Below are positions 36,801-46,456 of a stretch of 64,000 nucleotides of DNA, one piece after another. Numbering within the stretch: position 1 is the first letter of the stretch; each line of letters opens with the position of its first letter. The DNA comes from Ktedonobacteria bacterium. GTDB taxonomy: Bacteria > Chloroflexota > Ktedonobacteria > Ktedonobacterales > JACDGC01. The position numbers and the translations under genes were made by a program. Below the pieces are notes generated by a model. It saw nothing but the letters and a program-made list of their open reading frames with translations. It ran no database searches and was not told the DNA's origin. Where the stretch lies: positions 51,463 through 115,462 of the forward strand of contig DAIDGU010000042.1 in the NCBI GenBank assembly GCA_027459785.1, written 5' to 3'.

Positions 36801-38177
36801 ATGGCCGCGAAACCAAAGGCAACGACGCCGGACGCCGACGATTTGCCGAACATATCTACCACCGACACCACCAGCGCGGCACCAGAGGGTGAGCCACGGC
36901 TCAGCGCCTTCGGCCAGCACAGCCTGCACACGCTGACGCCGCCGCCGGGCGCGCCGACCATCGCGGACATCTGGCGGGCGCGCGAATTCCTGCGCGGGCA
37001 GATCAGCGAGACGCCGATGTTGCACTCGCGCACCTTCAGCGCCATGAGCGGCGCGGATGTCTACCTGAAGGCGGAAAATCTGCAACGGGCCGGCTCCTTC
37101 AAGATTCGCGGCGCGATCAATAAAATCGCCCGGCTGGCACCGGCGGAGCGCCAGCATGGCGTCGTGACGGCTTCCGCCGGCAACCACGCGCAGGGCGTGG
37201 CTATCGCCGCACAGTCGGCGGGCATCCCCTGCACCATCGTCATGCCCGAAAACGCGCCGCTGGCGAAGGTCATGGCGACGCAAGGCTACGGCGCGCAGGT
37301 GGTCCTGCACGGCGCGACGTATGACGATGCCTTTGCCCGCGCCTGCGAGATCCAGCGGGAGACCGGCGCGACCTTCATCCCCGCCTTCGACGACGCCGAT
37401 ATCATCGCCGGCCAGGGGACGCTGGGCCTGGAGATCATCGAGGCCGTGCCGGAGGCGGACGCGATCATCGTCGCCATCGGCGGCGGCGGCTTGATCGCCG
37501 GCATCGCTATCGCCGCGAAATCGCTCAAGCCGGATGTGCAGATCATCGGCGTGCAGGCCAGCGGCGCGAACTCCGCGCAGCAATCGCTGGCACAGGGGCA
37601 GATCGTCACTCTGCCGAAGATCAGCACCATCGCCGACGGCATCAGCACCAAGCGGCCCGGCGCGCTCAACTTCGCCGTGATGCAAGCGTACGTCGATACG
37701 ATCGTGACGGTGGATGACGATGAGACGAGCAGCGCCATCTTGCTGTTGCTGGAACGCTGCAAGCTGTTGGTGGAAGGCGCGGGCGCGGTCGGCATCGCGG
37801 CGCTGCTCAAGCCCGGCCTGCTGGATCTGGTAGGCAAGCGCGTTGTCGTGCTGCTCTCCGGCGGCAACATCGACATGAATCTGGTCGGGCGCTTCATCGA
37901 ATACGGCTTGGCGACGCAGGGGCGCGTCATCGGCTTGCATACCCTGCTGCCGGATCGGCCCGGCGAACTGCACGCCTTCCTGGGGGCCATCGCCGAGATG
38001 GGCGTGAACGTGCGCGAGGTCAGCCATCGCCGCGCCCAACCCCTGCTGCCCATCCAGCACGTGGAGGTGCAACTGACCGTCGAAACACGCAACCGCGCCC
38101 ACGCCGACCGTGTCATCGCCGCGTTGCGCGAGATGGGCTATCCCGTGGCGGAAGCGCATTCGCCTTTCGAGCCGTAA
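36801..38177 (+). CDS. ilvA: Threonine ammonia-lyase with a C-terminal ACT domain
   Basis: PLP lysine motif LQRAGSFKIRGA, SAGNHAQG, IGGGGL, SGGN and ACT motif DRPGEL. Confidence 0.95.
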   Translation: MAAKPKATTPDADDLPNISTTDTTSAAPEGEPRLSAFGQHSLHTLTPPPGAPTIADIWRAREFLRGQISETPMLHSRTFSAMSGADVYLKAENLQRAGSFKIRGAINKIARLAPAERQHGVVTASAGNHAQGVAIAAQSAGIPCTIVMPENAPLAKVMATQGYGAQVVLHGATYDDAFARACEIQRETGATFIPAFDDADIIAGQGTLGLEIIEAVPEADAIIVAIGGGGLIAGIAIAAKSLKPDVQIIGVQASGANSAQQSLAQGQIVTLPKISTIADGISTKRPGALNFAVMQAYVDTIVTVDDDETSSAILLLLERCKLLVEGAGAVGIAALLKPGLLDLVGKRVVVLLSGGNIDMNLVGRFIEYGLATQGRVIGLHTLLPDRPGELHAFLGAIAEMGVNVREVSHRRAQPLLPIQHVEVQLTVETRNRAHADRVIAALREMGYPVAEAHSPFEP

Positions 38178-38212
38178 AGCGGCAGGATGGTGCTGGAACT
38201 TGGGGCGTGCAG

Positions 38213-38914
38213 CTAATTCGGATTGAAGCGATAGCCCACGCCCGGTTCCGTCAGGAAGTAACGCGGGTTGGCGGGGTCGGCTTCCAGCTTGTGGCGCAGG
38301 CGGTTGATGTAGACGCGCAGGTACTCCGCCTCGCCGCCATACTCCGGCCCCCACACGCTTTGCAGCAATTGGCGGTGGGTCAGCACCTTGCCGGCATTCG
38401 TGACCAATTGGCTCAGCAGCGCAAACTCCGTCGGCGACAAGCGCACCTCTGTGCCTTGCCGCCGCACGATATGCCCATCCAGATCGACTTCGATCTCGCC
38501 GAATTGCTTCACGCCGCCCGCTGTCGTCGCGGGGGCCGCTGGTTGCGTGCGGCGCAGCACGGCGCGCACGCGCGCCAGCAGTTCTTCCACGCCGAACGGT
38601 TTGGTCAGGTAATCATCTGCTCCCAGGTCCAGCGCCGTCACCTTATCCGTCTCGCCGTCCAGCGCCGTCAGCACGATGATCGGCACGTTGGAATGCTCGC
38701 GCACGCGCCGGCAGACTTCCAGGCCGTCCATGCGCGGCATCATGATATCGAGGATCAGCAGGTGCGGATCGTCGCGCTCCCACACGGCGATCGCTTCCAG
38801 CCCGTTGCTGGCTTCCAGCACCTCGAAGCCGCGCGCCCGCAGGTTGCGGCTGATGAAGTCGCGCAGGGCTGCTTCGTCTTCAGCGAGCAAAATACGTTTC
38901 ACCTGGGTCGCCAT
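38213..38914 (-). CDS. OmpR-family response regulator, KdpE-like
   Basis: Motifs LLAEDE, LDIMMP, GADDYLTKPF, GKVLTHRQLL..VWG, YLRVYINRLRHKLEADPANPRYFLTEPGVGYRF. Confidence 0.93.
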   Translation of the reverse strand: MATQVKRILLAEDEAALRDFISRNLRARGFEVLEASNGLEAIAVWERDDPHLLILDIMMPRMDGLEVCRRVREHSNVPIIVLTALDGETDKVTALDLGADDYLTKPFGVEELLARVRAVLRRTQPAAPATTAGGVKQFGEIEVDLDGHIVRRQGTEVRLSPTEFALLSQLVTNAGKVLTHRQLLQSVWGPEYGGEAEYLRVYINRLRHKLEADPANPRYFLTEPGVGYRFNPN

Positions 38915-38962
38915 CGCTGCACCTCCTGAGTGTCGCTGTCCCTCAACCGTTCGCCGTGGGGC

Positions 38963-39102
38963 GGCCCCACCCCCAACCCCTCCCCATCTGCGGATGGAGA
39001 GGGGAGTACCGACGTGGGGCGGACAGGAATGTCCGCCGTGGTGACAGACATTCCTGTCTGTCCTCCAGGTGATCGGGTGACAGACAGGAATGTCTGTCCT
39101 CC
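38963..39102. repeat. Composite REP cluster (family C plus three family A palindromes) between kinase and regulator
   Basis: CCCCTCCCCATCTGCGGATGGAGAGGGG (also at 49534-49578). Family A palindromes at 39018-39037, 39043-39066 and 39079-39102. Confidence 0.85.
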
Positions 39103-39136
39103 GGATTGACGGGCGGCCAGGCTTGGCCGCCGTTGG

Positions 39137-41881
39137 CTAAGCCACTTGATCATCAGGGCCAGGGGTGGCTGGCGGGGCGGCGACCGCCGGCACGCCGAGC
39201 GGCAGCGCGAAGGCGATGGTCGTCCCCTGCGCATTGCTGGCCGCCCAGATCGTGCCGCCGTGCGCCTCGACGAACGCTTTGCAGATGGTCAGCCCCAGCC
39301 CTGTGCCACCGGAATGCTGCTGGCGACCGTGCCGCGTGCGATAGAAACGCTCGAAGATATGGAGCAGTTCGTCCGGCGGGATGCCCGCTCCGTTATCCGC
39401 GACGGCGATGGTGATCGCCTCGTCGCCCTGGCTGGCGGTGATGCACACACTGTTACCACCATAGGTCGCCGCGTTAGCGATCAGGTTGCGCAACACCACG
39501 CCGATGCGCGCAGCATCCACGTTCACCGGCGGCAGGTCGTCGGGGATCGCTACGCTGAGCGTGACGCCCGGAAAGTTGAGATGCGTGATCGTCTGCGCTA
39601 CCAGATCTTGCACGCGCGCCGATGCGCGGTTGAGCAGGAACAAGCCGGTTTCCTGGCGCGAAAGATCCAGCAGATTGCTGACGAGCTGCGCCAGCCGGTC
39701 GGCCTCGCTGCTGATCGTCTGCAAGAAATGGCGCTGATCCGCCTGTGGCCAGAAGACATCTTCTTGCAGCAAGGTGGAGGCGTGGCCTTTGATCGCCGCC
39801 AGCGGCGTGCGCAATTCATGGCCGACCGCGGCCAGCAGCGCCGTCTTGAATTCATCGAGTTCGCGTTCGCGGGTCACGTCGCGCAGCAACAGGCCGCGCC
39901 CGACCGCGCGCCCGGCGTCGTCGCCCACGTCGAAGAGGCGCACGTGAATCGCCCGCCGCTGCCCATTGCGCCGAATTTCCACCACGACCTCCGGCGCGTC
40001 CCCCGCCGCGCTCTGGGCCAGGGTGCGCGCCGCTTCCGGCGCATCGACCGCCGCCGCGCGCAGCGCGTCATACAGTATGGCGACCGGAGAACCTTCCAGC
40101 GCCTCATTGGTCAGCCCCGCCAGGGCGTTCGCGCCCAGGTTGGCATAAAGGATCGTGCCGTTGATGCTGGTCAGCACCAAGCCATCGCTCATGCTGCCCA
40201 TGATCGCGGCGAGCTTCTGCTTCTCTTCCGATGCCTGCTGATACAGCGTCTCGTTTTCGCGCGCCACCACGCGCAGCCGCTCGTCGCTGCGCTCATACAG
40301 CACGGCATGCTCCCACGCCAGGGTAGCATAGTTGGCGAAGGTCAGCAGCAGGTCGATCTCGTTGGGATCGAACGGCTTGGCTTCGACGCGATGCACCGAC
40401 AGCACCACGCTGCCGGCGTGGCGGCTGATGATCGGGATCGCCAGCACAGAACGGAAGCCTTCTTCGAAGGCGATGGAGGGTCGCCCCTCGTCGGCGACGA
40501 TCAGCCGTTGCACCGGCTGGCGCTCATGTAATGCCTGCACCGCTGTCGATCCCAGGTTTTCCGGTGCCAGCGCCAGGGCTTCATTGAAACGTTCGCTATG
40601 CCCGTCGCTGACGAGCACGCGCAGCACGTCCTGGTCATCCGGCACCAGCACGGCAGCCGCCTGCACGTCCACCAGCCGGCGGGCCGCGCGGATGATCCCA
40701 CCGACGACGGCATATGGGTCCAACGAGCCGACGACGGCATTCGAGGTTTCGAGCAGGGTACGCAATTCGCCCAGCTTTTCCAGGCCGTCGCGTTCTAACC
40801 GCAGCAGCGAGCGCGCCAGGCCGCCGACCTCGTCGGTGCGTTGCGCCAGCAGCGTGGTATGCGCGGGGATGGCGGCGGCGGAGGCGGGCAGCGCCTGGTG
40901 TTGCATGGCCAGGGCGTGCAGCGGGCGAATGACGCGCGCCAGCAGGATCAGCCAGAAAAGTAGGCCGCCACAGGCGAAAAGCAGCGCCGCCGTCAGCAGC
41001 CACCGTTGGAACTCCGCGACGACGGCCATCGCGGCGTTGGCTGGCTCCTGCACCACCACGGCCCAGCCGGTATCCGGAACGGGGACGGCGCTGAAGAGCC
41101 AGTCCTGGCCGTCTGTTCCTGTGCCTAAAACTGAGTCCGTCTGGCCCTGGAGCGCCTGGGCCGCGCCGGGCAGTTCATCCAGCACCGTCTCTAAGATTCG
41201 CTTGCTATCAGGTGTGGCGATCAGCTCCCCTCGACTGTCGATGATGCTGATGCGCAACGTCCGGTTTTGGTGTTGTTGGGCATTGACGACCGTAGTCAGC
41301 GGCTCGCTGAGTTCATCCAGCGAAAGATTGGTGGCGACGATGCCGATCAAATGCTTAGCAGCGTTGCGCACGGGTTCGGCGAGGATGACCCCAGCGATGA
41401 CGTCGGCGCTGTCGGCGCTGGTGGTCGCAGCCACGGCGATGCCGACTTCATAGACCGGGCTGGTCGCGGAGCGGGCGCGCTGGACGACATCTGGCGGCGA
41501 GAACTCCGCACCCAAAGTGACGGCGCTGGTCAGCGGCCAGGCTACCTGCAATTCGCCGACGGGGTCGAGCCAATAAACGTAATTGACATCATTACGTGCT
41601 GCCTGGAAGGTGCGGAAGATGGCCAGCTTGTCATCGGATGTTTTGGCCGCCGCCACAAGTTTGCCAAGGCTGGAGAGCGCGTTCTCATCATCGATCAATT
41701 GCAGGCTGGTGGTGAGGGCGATCTCCTGCGCCAATGCTTGATCAGAGGTTTGCACATTGTTGCGCAACTGGTGCTGCACCACGGCGTTGAAGCCGAAGCC
41801 GACAGCCAGCACGACCATGACGAAAAGCAGATACACGCTCAGCAACTGGAGCGCGAGGGAGCGCCGCATGAAATAGCGCAT
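39137..41881 (-). CDS. Membrane sensor histidine kinase (TM-dCache-TM-HAMP-GAF-PAS-HisKA-HATPase)
   Basis: Two TM helices flanking a Cache-like region (GWAVVVQEP), TDEVGGLA HAMP, VGHELRTPL, NAATY and GTGLGL. AAGGAG RBS before ATG 41881. Confidence 0.92.
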   Translation of the reverse strand: MRYFMRRSLALQLLSVYLLFVMVVLAVGFGFNAVVQHQLRNNVQTSDQALAQEIALTTSLQLIDDENALSSLGKLVAAAKTSDDKLAIFRTFQAARNDVNYVYWLDPVGELQVAWPLTSAVTLGAEFSPPDVVQRARSATSPVYEVGIAVAATTSADSADVIAGVILAEPVRNAAKHLIGIVATNLSLDELSEPLTTVVNAQQHQNRTLRISIIDSRGELIATPDSKRILETVLDELPGAAQALQGQTDSVLGTGTDGQDWLFSAVPVPDTGWAVVVQEPANAAMAVVAEFQRWLLTAALLFACGGLLFWLILLARVIRPLHALAMQHQALPASAAAIPAHTTLLAQRTDEVGGLARSLLRLERDGLEKLGELRTLLETSNAVVGSLDPYAVVGGIIRAARRLVDVQAAAVLVPDDQDVLRVLVSDGHSERFNEALALAPENLGSTAVQALHERQPVQRLIVADEGRPSIAFEEGFRSVLAIPIISRHAGSVVLSVHRVEAKPFDPNEIDLLLTFANYATLAWEHAVLYERSDERLRVVARENETLYQQASEEKQKLAAIMGSMSDGLVLTSINGTILYANLGANALAGLTNEALEGSPVAILYDALRAAAVDAPEAARTLAQSAAGDAPEVVVEIRRNGQRRAIHVRLFDVGDDAGRAVGRGLLLRDVTRERELDEFKTALLAAVGHELRTPLAAIKGHASTLLQEDVFWPQADQRHFLQTISSEADRLAQLVSNLLDLSRQETGLFLLNRASARVQDLVAQTITHLNFPGVTLSVAIPDDLPPVNVDAARIGVVLRNLIANAATYGGNSVCITASQGDEAITIAVADNGAGIPPDELLHIFERFYRTRHGRQQHSGGTGLGLTICKAFVEAHGGTIWAASNAQGTTIAFALPLGVPAVAAPPATPGPDDQVA

Positions 41882-42000
41882 AGTCGGTTCTCCTTGGGGC
41901 GGGCGGAACTGGTTGCTGGCATGGCGGCGCATCCGCATCGCGTGACCTCCCTCTATCATAGCGTGTTTCGCCACTGGCGGTAAGTGGTAGCGCAGTGACG

Positions 42001-42049
42001 TTTACACATTGTTTATGTCTGAACCGATCCCGTTTATGCGCTGTTTATA
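42001..42049 (+). promoter_or_regulatory. Two pairs of KdpE/OmpR-type direct-repeat boxes
   Basis: TTTACA(42001)/TTTATG(42012) and TTTATG(42033)/TTTATA(42044), each pair at 11-bp spacing like the E. coli KdpE site (TTTATA/TTTACA). Confidence 0.6.
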
Positions 42050-42140
42050 AGTTATCGGGTACGCTATGACCAACGCTTCACCCTGACCACCGACGGATGG
42101 GAGTTGACGGCTGTCAGCTCGCATCCGCTGGCGGCACCGC

Positions 42141-42186
42141 TTGACAGCGAAAATAGTGTATGTTATATATTCTATACACTATTTTC
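42141..42186 (+). promoter_or_regulatory. Sigma70 promoter overlapped by a perfect 13-bp inverted repeat operator
   Basis: TTGACA(42141)-17 bp-TATATA(42164) with an upstream TG. GAAAATAGTGTAT(42149-42161)-N12-ATACACTATTTTC(42174-42186). Confidence 0.8.
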
Positions 42187-42242
42187 AAACTGTCGTCAAC
42201 GCCAGTATGGCAACGTCAGGTTTCGCCGAAGGAGACGAACCG

Positions 42243-43457
42243 ATGCCGGAAGCAACATCACAGGATACGCCGCGCCCATTGGATGGTTTGCGCGTGCTGG
42301 ATATCGCAACGATGGCGGCAGCCCCCTGGGCCGCGGCCTATCTGGCCGAGTTCGGCGCGGATGTCATCAAAGTGGAGTTGCCCGGCAGCGGCGATCATCA
42401 GCGCGCCTGGGGGACGCCCAAGAACGGCGAAGGCTTGTTCTGGAAGTCGATGGGCCGCAACAAGCGCTCCATCACCCTCAACCTGGGCAAACCTGCCGGC
42501 GCGGCGCTCTTCCTCCGCCTGGCCGATCAAGCGGATGTCGTCGTCGAAAACTTCCGACCGGGGACGCTGGAACGCTGGGGCATCGGGCCGGACGTGCTGC
42601 AAGAACGCAATCCGCGCCTGATCATCCTGCGCGTGACGGGCTTCGGCCAGGCGGGACCCTACCGCGAGCGACCGGGCTTCGGCACGCTGGCGGAATCGCT
42701 GACCGGCTTCGCCGCGCTCACCGGCCAACCCGACGGGCCGCCCACCCTGCCGAATCTGCCCCTGGCCGACGGTCTGGCGGGCGTGACGGGGGCGTATGCC
42801 GTCTTGCTGGCGCTCTATCACCGCGACGCCCACGGCGGGACGGGCCAGGTCATCGACCTCTCGCTCTGTGAACCCCTGCTGCGGCTGCTGGAACCGACCC
42901 TCATGGATTACGACGCGCTCGGCATCACCCGCACGCGCATCGGCAACCGCAGCGACCACGTGGCCCCGCGCAATGCATACCAGTGCAGCGACGACCAGTG
43001 GATCGCGCTGTCGGCCAGCGCCGCGCCGATCTTCACCCGTTTGGCACGCGCCATGGGACGGCCCGACCTTATCACCGATCCCCGCTTCCATACGAATCCC
43101 GCGCGCCTGGCCAACCGTGACGCGCTGGATGCCATCATCGGCGCTTGGATGCATGAGCATACCCGCGCCGAGGTGCTGGCACGCATGGAGGCTGCTGAAG
43201 TCGCCGTCGCCCCGATCTATGAAGTACCCGATATCTTCGCCGACCCGCACTTCCAGGCGCGGGAAAGCTTCACGACGGTGGATGACGCCGTTTTGGGGCC
43301 GCTGCGCCTGGTGAACGTGGTGCCGCGCCTGAGCGCGACGCCGGGGCGTGTCACCAGCACCGGCCCGAAGCTGGGCCAGCACAACGCCGAAATCTACGCC
43401 GACCTGGGGCTGAGCGACGATGAGATCGCCGCACTGGCTCACGATGGTGTTATTTAA
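42243..43457 (+). CDS. Family III CoA-transferase (CaiB/BaiF)
   Basis: Motifs PLDGLRVLD, GADVIKVE, RNKRSITLNL, ENFRPG, GFGQAGP and catalytic-region LAD. Confidence 0.93.
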   Translation: MPEATSQDTPRPLDGLRVLDIATMAAAPWAAAYLAEFGADVIKVELPGSGDHQRAWGTPKNGEGLFWKSMGRNKRSITLNLGKPAGAALFLRLADQADVVVENFRPGTLERWGIGPDVLQERNPRLIILRVTGFGQAGPYRERPGFGTLAESLTGFAALTGQPDGPPTLPNLPLADGLAGVTGAYAVLLALYHRDAHGGTGQVIDLSLCEPLLRLLEPTLMDYDALGITRTRIGNRSDHVAPRNAYQCSDDQWIALSASAAPIFTRLARAMGRPDLITDPRFHTNPARLANRDALDAIIGAWMHEHTRAEVLARMEAAEVAVAPIYEVPDIFADPHFQARESFTTVDDAVLGPLRLVNVVPRLSATPGRVTSTGPKLGQHNAEIYADLGLSDDEIAALAHDGVI

Positions 43458-43501
43458 TCCCGACTGCGCGGGGACGGGCGGTGGGACGGCGGGCGGGGAC
43501 G

Positions 43502-43656
43502 GCGGGCGGTTGAAACCGCGCCGGTGGGGCCTTCGGCCACGAAACCCACCTACGTGGGTTCTCACTGTTTCCACGCGATTATGCCCGTCCTGCTGAGGAC
43601 CCGTGTAGACGGGTCTTGTGGCCGAAGGCCCCACCGGCGCGGTTTCAACCGCCCGC
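43502..43656. repeat. REPIN-like element family B with perfect 39-bp arms, inside the operon
   Basis: 43502-43540 is the exact reverse complement of 43618-43656. Internal palindromes CCCAC-CTAC-GTGGG and GACCCGT-GTAG-ACGGGTC. Confidence 0.92.
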
Positions 43657-43685
43657 AAGTACCACGAAGAAGTGGAGGATGATCG

Positions 43686-44576
43686 ATGACGATGCCGCTA
43701 CGCAGTTTACTTTTCGCGCCGGCCAACCATGCGCGCCACGCGCAGAAGGCGCTCACGGGCGCAGCGGATGGGGCCATCTTGGACCTGGAAGACGCCGTGG
43801 CCGTCAACGCCAAGCCCGCCGCCCGCGCCGCCGTGCGCGATCTGCTGGCCATGCGGCGCAGCCCGTTCCCGCGCGCGTTTGTGCGTGTCAATGGGCTGAC
43901 CACGCCCTTCACCTATGACGACCTGCATGCCGCCGTGTGGCCGGGGCTGGATGGCATCGTGCTGCCCAAGGCGGAATCCGCCGCGCAACTCGCCACCGCT
44001 GATTGGCTGATCACGCAGCTCGAACGGGCGCGCGACATGGCGCTCGGTTCCGTCGAGATCCTGCCGATCATCGAGACTGCCGCTGGGCTGGCCGCCATCG
44101 ATCAGATCGCCACGGCCTCGCCACGGGTGCAACGCCTGAACTTCGGCGCGGGCGACTTCACGCTGGATACGCGCATGACGTGGTCGCTGGGCAATCCGGG
44201 CCTGGTGTGGGCGCGGGCGCGGGTGGTCGTGGCGTCGCGGGCGGCTAACCTCGCCGCCCCCATCGACACCGTTTTCGCCGATCTCGGCAACGCGGACGGC
44301 CTGGCGACGGAAGCGCGGCAAGCCCAAGAACTGGGCTTCGGCGGCAAAGCCTGCATCCATCCCGATCAGGTCGCCGTCGTCAACGGCGTCTTCACGCCCA
44401 CGGCGGCGGAAGTGGCCCACGCGCGCCAGGTCGTCGCCGCCTTCGCGGAGGCCGAAGCGCAGGGCGTCGCCTCCCTGCGGGTCGGTGAACTCTTCGTCGA
44501 TTATCCCGTCGCCGCGCGGGCCAGGTTGGTGCTGGAACTGGCGGACTTTGCACACATGCGAGGAGAACAAGCGTGA
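43686..44576 (+). CDS. CitE-like acyl-CoA lyase (HpcH/HpaI aldolase/citrate lyase family)
   Basis: Motifs RSLLFAPA, LDLEDAV, VRVN, LPKAES, IIETA, FGAGDF and GKACIHPDQV. Confidence 0.92.
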   Translation: MTMPLRSLLFAPANHARHAQKALTGAADGAILDLEDAVAVNAKPAARAAVRDLLAMRRSPFPRAFVRVNGLTTPFTYDDLHAAVWPGLDGIVLPKAESAAQLATADWLITQLERARDMALGSVEILPIIETAAGLAAIDQIATASPRVQRLNFGAGDFTLDTRMTWSLGNPGLVWARARVVVASRAANLAAPIDTVFADLGNADGLATEARQAQELGFGGKACIHPDQVAVVNGVFTPTAAEVAHARQVVAAFAEAEAQGVASLRVGELFVDYPVAARARLVLELADFAHMRGEQA

Positions 44577-45442
44577 TCTATCTACATGCCATCGGCTTCG
44601 GCCTCGTCACCGCGTCGATTCTGGCGCTGTGTTCGGTCGGGCTGACGCTGCAATTCGGCGTCACCAACTACATCAATTTCGCCATCGGGGCGTACCTGAC
44701 CATCGGCGCATATTTCGCCTGGATGGTCAACGGCATCGGCCTGAACATCTGGGTGGCGATGGTCGTCGGCGGGCTGCTCACCGGAGTGATGGCCGTCGTG
44801 CTGAACCTGGGCATCATGCAAAACTTTGTCCGCCGTGATTTCCCGGTTTTATTCATGCTGATCGTGATGTTCGGCCTCTCGCTGATCTTGCAAAACGTCA
44901 CTCTAGCGATCTGGGGCGCGAATTTCCAGAATTACAAAGTCTCATCCGGTCAAGAATTGAGCATCGGCCCCTTCCTGCTGACGAGCCAGCAATTGGTGAT
45001 CATCGGGATCGCGGTGGTGGCGATGCTGGGCGTTCACGTATTGCTGACGTATACCAAAGTGGGCAAGGCGATGCGCGCGATGTCGGATAATCCCACGCTG
45101 GCGCGCAACTGCGGCATCGATACCGATCTGGTGACGAACTTCACGTGGTTCATCAGCGGCTTTTTGGCGGGCGTGGCGGGCGTGGTGCTGGCGCTGAACA
45201 TTACCTCCTTCCAACCGTCGTTCGGCAGCGACTTCGAGTTCGTCATCTTCGCCGCCATCATCGTCGGCGGCATCGGGCGCCCCTATGGCGCGATGGTCGG
45301 CGCGCTGATCATCGGCCTGGTGACGGAAGTCTCCGCCGCCTTCATCGATTCATCTTACAAAAATGACATGGCGTTCGCCATCCTGGTGCTGGTGCTGCTG
45401 CTGCGCCCACAGGGGATCTTCGCCACTGAAGGAAAGGCGTAA
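44573..45442 (+). CDS. livH: HAAT-family ABC transporter permease LivH-like
   Basis: Motifs GLTLQFGVTNYINFA, GKAMRAMSDNPTLA..CGI and RPQGIF. GTGA overlap with the upstream gene. Confidence 0.9.
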   Translation: MIYLHAIGFGLVTASILALCSVGLTLQFGVTNYINFAIGAYLTIGAYFAWMVNGIGLNIWVAMVVGGLLTGVMAVVLNLGIMQNFVRRDFPVLFMLIVMFGLSLILQNVTLAIWGANFQNYKVSSGQELSIGPFLLTSQQLVIIGIAVVAMLGVHVLLTYTKVGKAMRAMSDNPTLARNCGIDTDLVTNFTWFISGFLAGVAGVVLALNITSFQPSFGSDFEFVIFAAIIVGGIGRPYGAMVGALIIGLVTEVSAAFIDSSYKNDMAFAILVLVLLLRPQGIFATEGKA

Positions 45443-45448
45443 AGCGCG

Positions 45449-46456
45449 ATGGATGCAACGATTGCCTACTTGTTGACGCTCGCCGTCTACTATTTCATCT
45501 TCAACATCCAGACCTGGGGCTTGAACCTTCAGTTCGGGGTTGCGGGGATCTTGAACTTCGCCTACATCATCTTTTTCGCCGTGGGCGCGTACATCACGGG
45601 AACGTTCGCCCTGCCGCATGCCGATCCGTTTTCGGGGCAGACGTACTTCTTTGGGTTCGCCCTGCCGTTCCCGATCCCGCTGATTGCGGGCGGGTTGGTC
45701 GCCGCCGCCCTGGGCCTGCTGGTGGGGGTCATCGCGCTGAAGCGGCTGCGCAGTGATTACATGGCCATCGTCACCGTCTCGGTGGGGGCCATCGTGTATG
45801 ACATCATCGGCAACTACTTCCCGCTCTTCAACGGGCAGGACGGTATTTCCGGTGTCCCCTTTCCGCTGCAAACCAGACTGGGGCTGGATTACAACACGTA
45901 TCAATGGTTTTTCATGGGACTAGCCGGCGTGATCATGCTGATCCTGTTCCTGATCATCCAGCGCATCACCCATTCGCCCTTCGGGCGCACGCTGCGCTCG
46001 ATCCGTGAAGATCAGGATGTGTCGGAGGCGTTCGGCAAAGACACCTTCCGGTATCGCATGATCGCAATGGCCATCGGCTGCTTCTATGCTGGCGTCGCGG
46101 GCGGGCTGCTGATCGAATATATCAGTGCCTTCAATCCTAGCGGCTGGACGGCGGGCGAAACCTTCGTCCTCTTCGCGGCGCTGATCATCGGCGGGCGCGG
46201 CAACAACTGGGGCGCGGCGCTGGGCGCGCTGCTGGTGCCGGTCATCTTCCAGGAGGCCACGCGCTATCTGCCCCAGTTCCCCAACAGCGACACCCTGGTT
46301 CCGGCGTTGCGCAACGTCGTCGTGGGCGTCCTCTTGATCGTCACGCTGTGGTTCCGGCCCCAGGGCTTGTTGCCGGAGCGCAAAGCGAAGTTCCCCAAAG
46401 TGCAGTTAGACGCGCCCGAAAACAAACAGGAGGAAGCAGATGTCGCCCTCGGCTGA
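45449..46456 (+). CDS. livM: HAAT-family ABC transporter permease LivM-like
   Basis: Motifs GLNLQFGVAGILNF, RLRSDYMAIVT, SPFGRTLRSIRED and IIGGRGN. Confidence 0.9.
   Translation: MDATIAYLLTLAVYYFIFNIQTWGLNLQFGVAGILNFAYIIFFAVGAYITGTFALPHADPFSGQTYFFGFALPFPIPLIAGGLVAAALGLLVGVIALKRLRSDYMAIVTVSVGAIVYDIIGNYFPLFNGQDGISGVPFPLQTRLGLDYNTYQWFFMGLAGVIMLILFLIIQRITHSPFGRTLRSIREDQDVSEAFGKDTFRYRMIAMAIGCFYAGVAGGLLIEYISAFNPSGWTAGETFVLFAALIIGGRGNNWGAALGALLVPVIFQEATRYLPQFPNSDTLVPALRNVVVGVLLIVTLWFRPQGLLPERKAKFPKVQLDAPENKQEEADVALG

Noticed and set aside
36771-38354. Long antisense ORFs (e.g. 527 aa here, also 28159-29709, 42258-43658, 39146-40531)
   Set aside because: These are shadow ORFs opposite well-supported genes, expected from high-GC codon bias.
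38213-41881. KdpD/KdpE potassium-sensing system
   Set aside because: The kinase lacks the KdpD/Usp and 4-TM modules, and no kdpFABC is present; only the regulator is KdpE-like.
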